Source: Phycisphaerae bacterium
GTDB lineage: Bacteria; Planctomycetota; Phycisphaerae; UBA1845; Fen-1342
Assembly (NCBI GenBank): GCA_963675745.2
Contig: CAXXWX010000010.1
Span: 1 to 64,000, forward strand
Reading direction: 5' to 3'
DNA: 64,000 bases
Shown piece by piece: positions 40,573 through 50,683 of this stretch. The position numbers and the translations under genes are program-made. Within the stretch, counting starts at the first letter, position 1. Each line of letters begins with the position of its first letter. Below the pieces are notes generated by a model that saw only the letters and a program-made list of their open reading frames with translations, was not told the DNA's origin and searched no databases.

Positions 40573-40585
40573 GTCTTTTAATAGC

Positions 40586-41374
40586 CTATGTTGCCTCGCC
40601 CGCCGAGTCAACCAATTCTGCGTCCGGCTCGGCGGCGGGTACGTGGCGCCGGCCGTCGCGCCACAGGTAAATCGCCAGCACGCCCACCCCGCCGACCAGC
40701 AGCATGTCGGCCACGTTAAAGACCCATGGCCACAGGTCACGCTGGCCCCAGAGCTTGGTGGGGATCTTGATGAAGTCGCGCACACAGCCGACCTTGTGTA
40801 CATCAACGGGCCGAATCAGCCATTCGTGACTGCGCTCATGATCGACCGGATACTCGCGCATCAGCCAGGCGCCGTCGCGCTCGCCCACCTTCTGCACATA
40901 CACCACCTGCCCGCTGGGCAGTCGATAATCGTAAAGCCGGACGTAAACGCGGTCATACATATTGCCCAGCGCGCCGGCCAGAATGGCTCCCAGGGCGATT
41001 TGCAGGAACCAGCGCCGGGCCGCGCCGCGCACGAACATCCAGAGCACCAGCCCGAGAGCCAGCATCGACGCAATCAGAAAGAGCGTGGTCTGTCCCTGCC
41101 CGATGCCGAACAGCGCGCCCTTGTTGAACATCGTCTGGAATTCGAGCACGCGGGGAATGATGACTTCGTGTCCGCCTTGATGATAACGCTGGAAAGCCCA
41201 CCACTTGGACCAAAGGTCCAGCGACAGACCCAACACGGCGACGAGCCAGAAGCGCGCTTGCGCCGGGCCGTTGCGCCACGCAGGTTGTTCCGCAGTGGAA
41301 GTGACAAACAGCGCGTCCGGCTGAGCGCCGGGCACCGCCTCGTGTGTCTCGGGCTTGTTTGGGGAAACAGACAA
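40586..41374 (-). CDS. lspA: Lipoprotein signal peptidase II (start approximate)
   Basis: DLWSK, NKGALFG, GALGNMYDR, VRDFI and WVFNVAD; there is an insertion of about 45 aa between DR and VRDF. Confidence 0.92.
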   Translation of the reverse strand: MSVSPNKPETHEAVPGAQPDALFVTSTAEQPAWRNGPAQARFWLVAVLGLSLDLWSKWWAFQRYHQGGHEVIIPRVLEFQTMFNKGALFGIGQGQTTLFLIASMLALGLVLWMFVRGAARRWFLQIALGAILAGALGNMYDRVYVRLYDYRLPSGQVVYVQKVGERDGAWLMREYPVDHERSHEWLIRPVDVHKVGCVRDFIKIPTKLWGQRDLWPWVFNVADMLLVGGVGVLAIYLWRDGRRHVPAAEPDAELVDSAGEAT

Positions 41375-41378
41375 CCGC

Positions 41379-42149
41379 TTATAACCCGCGTCCGCGGCCC
41401 TTTTCTTGCGCCAGTGTGTACTCGTAGCAGTACTTGGCCCAGGGTTTTGCCCGCAGTCGCGCCTTGCCGATCGGCTTGCCGGTGGCCAGGCAGATGCCAA
41501 ACGTGCCGTTTTCGACGCGTTCGAGCGCCTCTTGGATCTCCTTCAGGACCGCCTGTTCTCCCTCGATCAGGCCCAGGGTGAACTCGTGCTCGAAGTTGTC
41601 GCTGCCCAGATCGGCCATGTGCAGCGGCATGCGCGATTCGCCGCCGGCCTGCTCTGAAGAACCGAACGCCTGGTCCTGTAGTGCGGTAACGTCACCCAGA
41701 AGCTGGCCGCGCTTGTCGAGCAGCAACTCGCGAAACTGGGCCAGATCTTTCGGTGACAGGCCACTGCTGCGGCGTTTGACGGGTTTGTCGTCTGGCGAGG
41801 TGATCGCCTGCCGCTCTTCGCGTGCTTTCTTGGCTGCCCGCTTGGGGGCCGGCCGGGTGGCCTTCTTGCTCTTGGGGGTGCTGCGCTTCCTAGTGGCGAC
41901 CTTCTTGGCCTTTTTGGCCTTTTTCGCTTTCTTAACGGCGACCTTCTTCTTGACCTTCTTGGGTGCCGCTATTTTCTTGCGCGCTTTTTTGACCACCTTC
42001 TTTTTGGTGGTTTTCTTGGTCGCCGCTTTCTTGACGCGGGCCTTCTTTGCCGACGTCTTCTTGACGCCAACCTTTTTTTTCTTCTTCACGGCCACCTTGC
42101 CTTTGGAGCCGCGTTTGCTGACCTTGGATTTGGCTTGTTTCCTGGTCAC
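41379..42149 (-). CDS. TraR/DksA-family regulator with long Lys/Ala-rich N-terminus
   Basis: PLHMADLGSD, EIQEALERVENGTFGICLATGKPIGKARLRAKPWAKYC. Confidence 0.9.
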   Translation of the reverse strand: MTRKQAKSKVSKRGSKGKVAVKKKKKVGVKKTSAKKARVKKAATKKTTKKKVVKKARKKIAAPKKVKKKVAVKKAKKAKKAKKVATRKRSTPKSKKATRPAPKRAAKKAREERQAITSPDDKPVKRRSSGLSPKDLAQFRELLLDKRGQLLGDVTALQDQAFGSSEQAGGESRMPLHMADLGSDNFEHEFTLGLIEGEQAVLKEIQEALERVENGTFGICLATGKPIGKARLRAKPWAKYCYEYTLAQEKGRGRGL

Positions 42150-42221
42150 AGCGTACTCTTTCGGTTCGAGCACCGCGACTGATTTCCCCACCTGCCGCAA
42201 AAACCCACAAAAAGACGCGGA

Positions 42222-42250
42222 AGTGTACTAACGCGCGCGGATGGTGTCAA
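42222..42250 (-). promoter_or_regulatory. Sigma-70 promoter for dksA-like/lspA/tRNA-Pro
   Basis: Minus strand TTGACA-N17-TACACT. Confidence 0.7.
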
Positions 42251-42380
42251 TAGGGGGGTAGCGGATTGCGGCAGCGCGGAGCGTGGGTGCGGAATCCGAC
42301 GGCCGGATTTGATCGCCGAATGTGGGACGCGTCCAACGTCCGATTCGGCGCGCGTACGCCACCACTCGATGGTGCTTACG

Positions 42381-43400
42381 CTACGCTCCCGTTGACGTCC
42401 GGCGCCAGAGCGCTAATGCGTGTCGCGCCGCACCGCTGTCAATTGCTTCTTTCGCGCGTGTCGCTCCATCCCGCCAGTCTCCCGCGAGGCCGGCGACCCA
42501 TAACGCGGCCGCCGCATTGAACACGACGACATCGCGATGTGGCCCGGGCTCACCGTCGAGGATGCCCTCGATCACTTGCGCGCTCTCCTGCGGATTGCGT
42601 ACGAACAGCTCAGCTACGGGGGCCGGCGTGATGCCGAGCGACTCGGGGTCGACAGTTTCGATCGTCCGGCGCCCGTTCGCCAAACGCCCGACGCGCGATG
42701 GTCCGCTGATACTCAAATCGCACAGCCCCTCGAGCCCGTGGACGACGAGGGCCCGCTCGGCACCCAGATCGCCAAGTGCCGCGAGCATTGTCTCCACCAG
42801 GTCCGGGCGGCACACACCCAGCACCTGCCGCTTGACGCCCGCCGGGTTGGTCAGTGGCCCGACCAGGTTGAATATGGTGCGAATGCCCAACGACTTGCGC
42901 ACGGGGGCGGCATGCTTCATGGCCGGGTGCATCTTGATCGCGTACAGGAACGCCACGCGCGCAACGCTCAGGCAGCGCTCGATCGTCGCCACGTCGGCGT
43001 CAACGTTAATGCCCAACGCGGCCAATCCTTCAGCCGAGCCACTGGGCCGGGCGTTGCTGCGGTTACCGTGCTTGGCCACGGTCGCGCCGGCCGCGGCGGC
43101 GACAATCGCGACCGCCGAGGAAACGTTGAACGTGGGCTTTCCGTCGCCACCGGTACCGCAGGTGTCAATCGCATCGACCTCTGCTGGCACGCCGACCGGC
43201 ACCACGCGAGCGCGCATGGCCTCGGTTGCGCCGACAATCTCGTCGACGGTCTCCCCCTTGGTGGCCAGCGCGGCGAGGACGGCCGCCAACATCTCAGGGG
43301 CGACTGAGCCCGACATGATGTCGTCGAACAACCCGCGCGTCTGCTCGCGCGTCAGCGCGGTTCGCTGTACGAGCTGTTGCAGCAGTTCAGCAGTCTCCAT
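42381..43400 (-). CDS. trpD: Anthranilate phosphoribosyltransferase
   Basis: DTCGTGGDG, FNVSS, AKHGNRS, RTIFNLVGPLTNPA. Confidence 0.97.
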   Translation of the reverse strand: METAELLQQLVQRTALTREQTRGLFDDIMSGSVAPEMLAAVLAALATKGETVDEIVGATEAMRARVVPVGVPAEVDAIDTCGTGGDGKPTFNVSSAVAIVAAAAGATVAKHGNRSNARPSGSAEGLAALGINVDADVATIERCLSVARVAFLYAIKMHPAMKHAAPVRKSLGIRTIFNLVGPLTNPAGVKRQVLGVCRPDLVETMLAALGDLGAERALVVHGLEGLCDLSISGPSRVGRLANGRRTIETVDPESLGITPAPVAELFVRNPQESAQVIEGILDGEPGPHRDVVVFNAAAALWVAGLAGDWRDGATRAKEAIDSGAARHALALWRRTSTGA

Positions 43401-44571
43401 GGCCTGGTTCCTTGGCGAACTCGATGGCCGCACCGGCGCCGGGCCGACTCTGGATGATCGTCGACTTTGCGGCCCCCGCGGTGTCGTATTGTCTTCGCAG
43501 CTCCGCCGCCACATTCTCGACGCATGTTTCCGAGGCAATCGCGACTATGCAGCCCCCAAAGCCGCCGCCGGTCATGCGCGCGCCGACGACGCCGTCGACA
43601 GCGCTCACGATGTCAACCAGCATGTCCAGCTCTGCGCAAGAAACTTGGTAGTCATCGCGCAGTGAGCGGTGTGATTCCGCCAGCAGTGGCCCTACGGCCG
43701 CCAGGTCTTTGTGTCGCAGCGCGGCCGCCGTCGCGAGCGTGCGCTCGTTCTCCGAAGTGACGTGCAGGGCCCGCGCGGCTGCCGCCGGGTTCATTTGCGC
43801 CGCATGCCGCCGCACCATCTCGACGGTCACATCGCGCAGCGATTTGATCTCGGGTTGCAGCTTCTGGAAATACTCCAGCGCGACGCCGCACTCTCGTTGG
43901 CGTTTGGCGTACTCGCCGGCCGCGAGTTCGTGCCGCACGCCTGAATTGACAATCAGCACCGTGTGGTCACCCAGTGCCAGCGGTATGTGCTCGTACTCAC
44001 GCGAGCGGCAATCCAGTAGCAAGGCGGCGTCTGCCTTGCCCAGCACCGAGATGTATTGATCCATGATCCCGCAGGGTACGCCGGCGAACTCGTGCTCAGC
44101 CGTGCGACATAGATCGGCCAGCTCGCGCGCGTCGATCGGCTCACCAGCCAGTTGTGCCAGCGCCAGCGCTGTCGAGACTTCCAGCGACGCCGAACTCGAC
44201 AGCCCGCTGCCGACCGGCACCTCACTCGTCAACAGCATGTCAAAGCCGCCCAGACGCGCGCCACGCACGCGCAACAACGCGGCAATTCCGGCGACATAGC
44301 TGGTCCAGTGTGGAGCTGTCGCGCGGTCCCACGCGCTCAACGGCCAGGTCTGTCGATCATCCAGTTCGGCCGAGACGACACAGGCCGAATCGTCCTCGCG
44401 CGGCGCGCAGGCCACCCAGGTGTTCTGTTCGAGCGCCATTGGCAAGACATAACCGTCGTTGTAATCGGTGTGCTCGCCGATGATATTGACGCGCCCGGGT
44501 GCGCGGGTAACGACGTCTGCCGGCCGCCCGAAGTGGGCGGCGAACATCTTGCGTATTCGTTGTTGGTCCAT
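43387..44571 (-). CDS. galK: Galactokinase
   Basis: APGRVNIIGEHTDYNDG, PVGSGLSSSA, CGIMDQ and GARMTGGGFGG. Confidence 0.97.
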   Translation of the reverse strand: MDQQRIRKMFAAHFGRPADVVTRAPGRVNIIGEHTDYNDGYVLPMALEQNTWVACAPREDDSACVVSAELDDRQTWPLSAWDRATAPHWTSYVAGIAALLRVRGARLGGFDMLLTSEVPVGSGLSSSASLEVSTALALAQLAGEPIDARELADLCRTAEHEFAGVPCGIMDQYISVLGKADAALLLDCRSREYEHIPLALGDHTVLIVNSGVRHELAAGEYAKRQRECGVALEYFQKLQPEIKSLRDVTVEMVRRHAAQMNPAAAARALHVTSENERTLATAAALRHKDLAAVGPLLAESHRSLRDDYQVSCAELDMLVDIVSAVDGVVGARMTGGGFGGCIVAIASETCVENVAAELRRQYDTAGAAKSTIIQSRPGAGAAIEFAKEPGHGDC

Positions 44572-44736
44572 CGGTCCGGGATCTCGTTTCCGCGCTGCGT
44601 AAATCGGCATTTACGAACACCGACACACTACGGCGGCAGCGTTGGACGGTCAATTGGACGTTGATACGCCAGCGGGCCGGCGTCGCAGCAAGTGTGACGT
44701 CGGCCCGCTGAGTTCGTTTCCGGGTTGCGCGTGTTG

Positions 44737-45615
44737 TCAGACGATTGAGTCGTTGGGATCACCGGAGCCGGTGCCGTCGGGCGTCACATCTTCGATGCCC
44801 TCCCCCGTACTCGAGCCATCGCTGGAGGATCCGCCATCGCTGCCGTCGCTGGTTGAATCTCCGTCACTGCCGTCGCTGGTGACGGAAGATGGGCGGATCA
44901 ACGGGCGCAAGCCGTCCGCCAGCGTGTCGATGAAATCCTGCGTCGACATGCCAAAGGCCAGCGCGGTGAAAAATGTTCCGAGCATTGCGTCCGACCAGCG
45001 TATGCGGAACGGGGTCTCCTCGGTGGTGGTGGTCGTCTGCGCCGTTTGATCGAACTTGGGTAGTCGTGCGATTGCCCCGCTGGTTGAGGTTTGCTCGTCC
45101 GTCGTCTGGCTGCGGTTTTGGGGTTTGAAGACGGGGTCAATATAGCCGGTGTCGCGCAGGCGGATGAGGTCCTCGATCGTATATTGTGATCCACTGGTGC
45201 TGCTGGTTCCCGTTGACGCGCTGCCGGAGGTGGTGCCGGAAATCAGGGAACTGAGGCCGCTGGAAGACGATCCGAGCAGGTTGCCCAGCGAGCCCAGTGA
45301 TCCGCTCAGCCCGCTCAGCGAGGTTCCCGTCGCCTCGCTGGCAAGGTCCAGTAGACCGGCCAAGCCGCTGCTGCTGGATCCCGACGAGCTGCTGCTTGCA
45401 TCGTTGCTATATCCGCCGTTGAACCGGTCGGTCATGACGCCCTCGTGCCGGGCCAGTGCTTCGCGCACCCATGATCCCGGAGATCGCGCGGAAATCGCGC
45501 TACCCGAGACGTTTTCGGCCGGCGTATTCTCGGCGTAGCCGGTCGTGTCGGTCTGTGCCGAGGCGAAAGCGACGGCAAAGGCGGCAACAGCGGCGATGAG
45601 CAGGCTGCGATTCAT
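44737..45615 (-). CDS. Secreted Ser/Gly-rich low-complexity protein
   Basis: RBS GGAGG, signal peptide ending ASA-Q, long Ser/Gly/Asp tracts. Confidence 0.7.
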   Translation of the reverse strand: MNRSLLIAAVAAFAVAFASAQTDTTGYAENTPAENVSGSAISARSPGSWVREALARHEGVMTDRFNGGYSNDASSSSSGSSSSGLAGLLDLASEATGTSLSGLSGSLGSLGNLLGSSSSGLSSLISGTTSGSASTGTSSTSGSQYTIEDLIRLRDTGYIDPVFKPQNRSQTTDEQTSTSGAIARLPKFDQTAQTTTTTEETPFRIRWSDAMLGTFFTALAFGMSTQDFIDTLADGLRPLIRPSSVTSDGSDGDSTSDGSDGGSSSDGSSTGEGIEDVTPDGTGSGDPNDSIV

Positions 45616-45723
45616 AGAGGCTACCTCCGCAAACGGACGGATGTCATCCGATCCAGCTATATTATAACCTCTCGGCAAGATCCGGGCGCGGGTCGCCGAC
45701 ACGATTGTGCGAGGATTGCAGGG

Positions 45724-46758
45724 ATGCCATTGTTGCCGGCCTATCGGACGTTGAAGCCGCATCTCGTCATGGCATTGATCGCCGTCGTCTCACTCACCGC
45801 CGGCCTCGGGTGCAAGCGCGATGCCCACGTGGGGCATCTGCCCGCCCGACGTGCGCTGGTGGTGCTGATCAGCCGATCGGCGGGTGACCCGCAGTGGCCG
45901 GCCATAGTCGGCGGTGCCCGGCGCACGCTGGAACGCTACCCTTATCTGGACATGAAAACGCTCACGCCCGCGCTCGGTGAGCGCGTCACCACCGCCGAAC
46001 TCGTCCGCCGCGCGATCGGGATGGAAGCGACGGCGATTGCGATGTGGGTGCGCGATGAAGACGCGAATGACATTCCGCTTGGCGAAATCGAGCAGGCCGG
46101 CGCGATGCTGGTGACGGTCGGAGAGCCGGCCAGGTCGCTGCAGCGCGCGGCGCACGTCCAGGTCGACTGGGCCGGAGGCGCCGAGTTGCTGGGCCGTGAG
46201 TTGCCGGACATCGCCGACGGCAAACGCAGTTGCGTCCTGCTCCACAGTCAGGGACGAAACTCAATTGCCACGGCGTGCTATCAGCGGTTTGTCACCGCGG
46301 TCCGCGATCGGATCAACTTCCACATCCTGATGGAGAAGAACACGCTCGAATCAGAAGCCGCACCGACAGTGTTGGTCCGCCAGATGTTGAAGACGTTCAG
46401 GCATGCGGGCCTGGTGGTCACGCTTGAGCCGAACGTGTGGATCGGGCGGAATCCCCCGCCGGAATTGCCGTCCGGCACACGCTTCGCCACGCTGGGCGCT
46501 GTGCCGGCCCTGTGGCCGCGCGTGCTTGATGGAGAGGCGCTGGCGCTGGCCGGCACGGTGGATGGTGAGATAGGCGAGGCGGTCATCGAGCTGATCGCGG
46601 CACAGTCCACGGCTGAAGGAGTTCCGAGATTGTACCGGGTGATTGAGCCCGAACTGGTCACGCGCGAAAACCTGCTGGAGTTCGCCCGGCGCTACGCCGC
46701 CGCAGCCGGACTCGACCTGGCCGAGCTATCACCGGAACTGGCGGCGCATGAGCCGTAG
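45724..46758 (+). CDS. Lipoprotein resembling periplasmic sugar-binding proteins (divergent)
   Basis: Lipobox GLGC; DPQWPAIVGGA, AHVQVDWAGGAELLG and LVTRENL follow the RbsB-like pattern. Confidence 0.6.
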   Translation: MPLLPAYRTLKPHLVMALIAVVSLTAGLGCKRDAHVGHLPARRALVVLISRSAGDPQWPAIVGGARRTLERYPYLDMKTLTPALGERVTTAELVRRAIGMEATAIAMWVRDEDANDIPLGEIEQAGAMLVTVGEPARSLQRAAHVQVDWAGGAELLGRELPDIADGKRSCVLLHSQGRNSIATACYQRFVTAVRDRINFHILMEKNTLESEAAPTVLVRQMLKTFRHAGLVVTLEPNVWIGRNPPPELPSGTRFATLGAVPALWPRVLDGEALALAGTVDGEIGEAVIELIAAQSTAEGVPRLYRVIEPELVTRENLLEFARRYAAAAGLDLAELSPELAAHEP

Positions 46759-46861
46759 GGCTGGGCACAGGGAATAATGAGTGATGTCGCCCCTCTTCCT
46801 CCGGCGGCAGCGTTGGCCGAGCCGATCAGCACGCAGACGGTACAGCAGCCCCTCTTGCTGG

Positions 46862-47545
46862 TTATTCTCCGTTGCGGATGCGCTTCTCGAACTCCGCGAT
46901 GACGTGGTCGGGAATGGGCTTGATTAGACGGAATTGCTGATCGTTGACGTGCCGATAGACACCAGCGACGTAGACAGTTTGAGGCTCGATGGCGAACTGC
47001 TTGCCCTCTGGCATGCTGCGCGCGTCGGGGACCTCGATTGCATAGAGCGGGGACTCGGAACGCGCGTCGGCCACTCGAATCTCCCGGTTCCCATAGCGGC
47101 GGTATTGGGGGAGCGAAATAACGTAGTAGGCGGCTACGTGGTGGTCATCGAGTGCGTATGCCATTCGCCAAGTAGTGCGCAGCTCGCCAACGGCGCCGAC
47201 CTCCAACCCCGAGGGACCGCCGCGCAAGCGCGGGATGAATGGCTCGCGTTTCTTCCGCACGCGCGATATTTCTGCTGACAGCTCTCTAATCCTGGCAGAT
47301 CGGCTTTTGGCGTCCTCGGTGCGCTCGCGCCCTTTGCCGCGCGGCTTTGTGTTCCGAATGTTCTTAACGTCAGCTCGTAGCGACTCGACATGCTGCTTGC
47401 GTTTCGTTCGGCAGGCCTCGCACAGCTTCTCGACAACCTGGTCGTCGGTGATTGTGATTCTGGCAGGCGCGTTCGAGTTGGGCTCTTCGGCATAGGCGAT
47501 CGCCGTTAGCGCTACGAGCGCGAAGCCGTGGCGAATAGGCTGCAT
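46862..47545 (-). CDS. Hypothetical secreted basic protein
   Basis: Signal peptide ending AYA-EE; GAGG RBS. Confidence 0.55.
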   Translation of the reverse strand: MQPIRHGFALVALTAIAYAEEPNSNAPARITITDDQVVEKLCEACRTKRKQHVESLRADVKNIRNTKPRGKGRERTEDAKSRSARIRELSAEISRVRKKREPFIPRLRGGPSGLEVGAVGELRTTWRMAYALDDHHVAAYYVISLPQYRRYGNREIRVADARSESPLYAIEVPDARSMPEGKQFAIEPQTVYVAGVYRHVNDQQFRLIKPIPDHVIAEFEKRIRNGE

Positions 47546-47669
47546 AATGACCTCGAGTGGGTGGCGTTCGGGACAGCCACGTCTTTCACAGTCGTTGAGA
47601 AGCCTTCCTCTTTCGTGATGGGCCAATAGGTGCCGATAGGCAGCGCCGCTTGCACGGCGTCCTGGCTCA

Positions 47670-47927
47670 TCAGGCGGAGCGTGAGCGGCGGCCGGCGAGG
47701 AGGCCTTCTACGCTCAGATCCTCGTCGATCAGCGGCCAATGGATCCCATCGCCATCGCCGAGGAGTTCCGACTTGCCACGCTGCTCCGGGGTGGCTCGCA
47801 GCAAACGCGGGAACCAGACCAGGGGCACGGACAGCCGCCGGCCGTCGACCAGACGGACGATCAACTCGGCGTCGGTCACTTCCACCGACTCGGCCCGTGG
47901 AGTTGTCTCAACTGCCGAAGAACTCAC
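47670..47927 (-). CDS. DUF2442 family protein (putative antitoxin)
   Basis: LVDGRRLSVPLVWFPRL...GIHWPLIDEDLSVEGLL. Confidence 0.92.
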   Translation of the reverse strand: MSSSAVETTPRAESVEVTDAELIVRLVDGRRLSVPLVWFPRLLRATPEQRGKSELLGDGDGIHWPLIDEDLSVEGLLAGRRSRSA

Positions 47928-48144
47928 GCCAAGCCTCCAGAAATCGCTCCCGGTTCTCCACGACGAGGCTCTCGATCCGCGTCAACTCATGCGCCGCGAA
48001 GCCCTTCGACCCGCACAACGTGACAGGATCGAGCCAGAACTTTGCGAGCCGTCGATCGCGCTGCACGTGAATATGCGCCGACTCCAGACCCTCGTTGCCG
48101 TAGAAGAAGAACCGATACGGGCCAATACGCGCGACGGTCGGCAT
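47908..48144 (-). CDS. DUF4160 family protein (putative toxin)
   Basis: MPTVARIGPYRFFFYGNEG..AHIHV...AKFWL...AWREFF; overlaps the DUF2442 gene. Confidence 0.92.
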   Translation of the reverse strand: MPTVARIGPYRFFFYGNEGLESAHIHVQRDRRLAKFWLDPVTLCGSKGFAAHELTRIESLVVENRERFLEAWREFFGS

Positions 48145-48338
48145 ATTCGCACATGATCCACACGGATGGCCAATGCTCGTGTCCATCAGGCGGACGTCAG
48201 GGCCATTGCTTATTCTACCGCTGATCCAATCCTACTATTCCCGGCATGGCGGGGTCAAGGATCACAAGCGACGGGGAGGGGGAAAGAGAAAGGACAAGGG
48301 GGCCATTAACACCCTTCTCTAGGCTAGATCATTCACAA

Positions 48339-49658
48339 TCAATCCCGATCTCGGTGTGAGCGGAACAACAGGCGGATCGGGACTTCCTTGAACGCCGTCA
48401 CCTCTCGCAGGCGGTTTTCCATGTAGCGGCGGTAGTTCTCAGTGACGTTCGACGGGCTGTTGCAGAAGAACACGACTGTTGGCGGAGCCGTCGCCACCTG
48501 TGTCGCGTAGTAGATCTTGACTTGCTTGGTGCCGCGCTTCGCCGATGGGCCGCGCGCTTCCAGGATCACCTGAAGCACACGATTAAGCTGCCCGGTGGTC
48601 AGCCGCGTGCGCGCCTGCTTAAACAGGCTTAGCGCGGTCTCCACCGTGGCACGCACGTTGCGGCCCGTGCTGGCCGTCATGAACGTCAGCGGCGCGTATG
48701 GATACAGCGGCATGATCTCGCCCAGGTAGCGGCTGTAATCCTCCGCATCCGCGCGGCCCTTGACCAGGTCCCACTTGTTGATGCCGATCACGACCGGCCG
48801 GTATTCGTCGAGGATGGCGCGCAAGAGTTTCAGATCCACCTCGCTGACCGCCACCGTGGCGTCGATTAGATAAAGCACGACGTCGGCGCGGCGGATCGAG
48901 CGCATGGCGCGCGAGAAAGAGTAGAAGTCGATGCCCTGCATGCTCTTCTTTTTTCGCACGCCGGCGGTATCGATGGCCGTAAACGGCTGGCCGTCGATTT
49001 CGAAGTGTACGTCAATCGCGTCACGCGTGGTGCCGGGCACCTCGCTGACGATGACACGCTCGGCGCCGGCCAGCGCATTTACGATGGTGCTCTTGCCGGC
49101 GTTGCGCTTGCCCAGGATGGCGAGTTTCATTGCGGCCGCCGCCGGCGCTTCGCCAGCGCGGTCACCAAGCTGCTCGATGACCGCTTCAAGCAGCTCCCGC
49201 CGGCCGCGCCCGTGATGCGCCGAGACCATGAGCGGCGCCCCGAAGCCCAGCCGCGCGAACTGGCCGACCTCCGGTTCCAGCCGCTGGTCATCGACCTTGT
49301 TGGCCACCGGAATCACCGGGATTTCCAGCCGGCGCAGCATGTCGGCAATCGACTGATCCAACGGCGTGATCCCGTCGCGAACATCGACGATGAAGATGAT
49401 CAGGTCGGCCTGCGCGATGGCGTACTGAATCTGGCTTTCGACGTGCGTTTCGAGGCTGTCGTCATCGACGATGCCGATGCCACCCGTGTCGACCAGCTCG
49501 AAGTAACGTTGCTCATGCTCCATGAGCACCGACACGCGGTCGCGCGTGATGCCGGCGCGCGGATCAACGATGCTGATCCGCTGGCGCGTAAGCGCGTTCA
49601 GCAACGAGCTCTTGCCGACATTCGGTCGGCCCACAATGACCACCACGGGCAAAGCCAT
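48339..49658 (-). CDS. der: Ribosome biogenesis GTPase Der (EngA)
   Basis: Tandem G domains (GRPNVGKS/DTGG/NKVD and GKRNAGKS/DTAG/NKWD) plus a KH-like C-terminus. Confidence 0.98.
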   Translation of the reverse strand: MALPVVVIVGRPNVGKSSLLNALTRQRISIVDPRAGITRDRVSVLMEHEQRYFELVDTGGIGIVDDDSLETHVESQIQYAIAQADLIIFIVDVRDGITPLDQSIADMLRRLEIPVIPVANKVDDQRLEPEVGQFARLGFGAPLMVSAHHGRGRRELLEAVIEQLGDRAGEAPAAAAMKLAILGKRNAGKSTIVNALAGAERVIVSEVPGTTRDAIDVHFEIDGQPFTAIDTAGVRKKKSMQGIDFYSFSRAMRSIRRADVVLYLIDATVAVSEVDLKLLRAILDEYRPVVIGINKWDLVKGRADAEDYSRYLGEIMPLYPYAPLTFMTASTGRNVRATVETALSLFKQARTRLTTGQLNRVLQVILEARGPSAKRGTKQVKIYYATQVATAPPTVVFFCNSPSNVTENYRRYMENRLREVTAFKEVPIRLLFRSHRDRD

Positions 49659-49740
49659 GCGGGGAATATAGAGGACATTGCCGCTTTGTGCTGGTAAGCC
49701 CGACTATTTCTTACGGCGGATCGCGGGGCCGGCGTGTTCT

Positions 49741-50406
49741 CTACGCCACGATGCGCGAGGCGCGCATACGGGCCGGGCTCTTCAGACGTTGGGCGAGGCG
49801 GGTGTGGACGTATTCGCGAGTGCTGACCAGCGCGCACTCTTTGGCGCCAAGCTGACGCAGCGTCATTTCAGCTTCTTCCGCATCCCAATAGCCGCAGGCA
49901 TCGTGAATGACCATCAGGTTGCGGTGGCGCAGCAATAGCCCAAGTGACAGCAGGCGAATGGTCACCTCCAGCGATACGCCGAAGATCACGAACCGCTGAC
50001 TGGGTAGTTCGGTCAGCAGGCGGTCGAGCTTGGGATTCACGAACGGGTCGCGGTGGCTTTTGACAAGTATGGCCTGCTGATAACGCTTGAATACGTCCAG
50101 CGAAACCGAGGGTGAATTGTCGGTTTCGATGAGCACTCGTCGCGGCAGTAGCGTGTAGCCGGGCTTGCGTTGGCCGACCGATCCGAACAGGCAGTCCTGA
50201 TGCGTGAGGGCGCCGATGTCGTTTGGGTGTCGGCCTTCAACGCAGGACAGCACGGGCACGCGCGCCCAGCGGGCGAACGCGATCAGGTGTTTGATGTTCT
50301 TCAACATCACCGGCAAGTTTTCGATTGGGCGGGCCCCCGCGGGATTCAGATAGTCTCGTTGTGTACAGACATCGACAAAGACTTCTTTGGGCGCGGCCCT
50401 GACCAT
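49741..50406 (-). CDS. Isochorismatase/nicotinamidase-like protein lacking the catalytic Cys
   Basis: FVDVCTQRDY, LVKSHRDPF, GVSLEVTI (family consensus GVATEYCV) and IHDAC. Confidence 0.75.
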   Translation of the reverse strand: MVRAAPKEVFVDVCTQRDYLNPAGARPIENLPVMLKNIKHLIAFARWARVPVLSCVEGRHPNDIGALTHQDCLFGSVGQRKPGYTLLPRRVLIETDNSPSVSLDVFKRYQQAILVKSHRDPFVNPKLDRLLTELPSQRFVIFGVSLEVTIRLLSLGLLLRHRNLMVIHDACGYWDAEEAEMTLRQLGAKECALVSTREYVHTRLAQRLKSPARMRASRIVA

Positions 50407-50683
50407 GCGAGACCTCCTCCGGAGTTGAGCCGGATGGGCGATGTTGCGCTTCGCAGGGGTGCCATGCCATCAGACACCGGACGCGAGAAGGGTTGTCCAG
50501 CAGATGGCGGATAGAGGAGAAAAGGGATCGGCTGCCCTGCTTCTGTTCCGCTCCTAAGACGCCGAATTGTAAGCGCAGCCGGCGCAGGTCGGCAACTATA
50601 AATCTTTTTTGAATAAAGGGTTTACGTCCGATATTCAATCGGGCATCAAATATCGGAAACATGCCTGTGCGGCGGTCGGAGAA

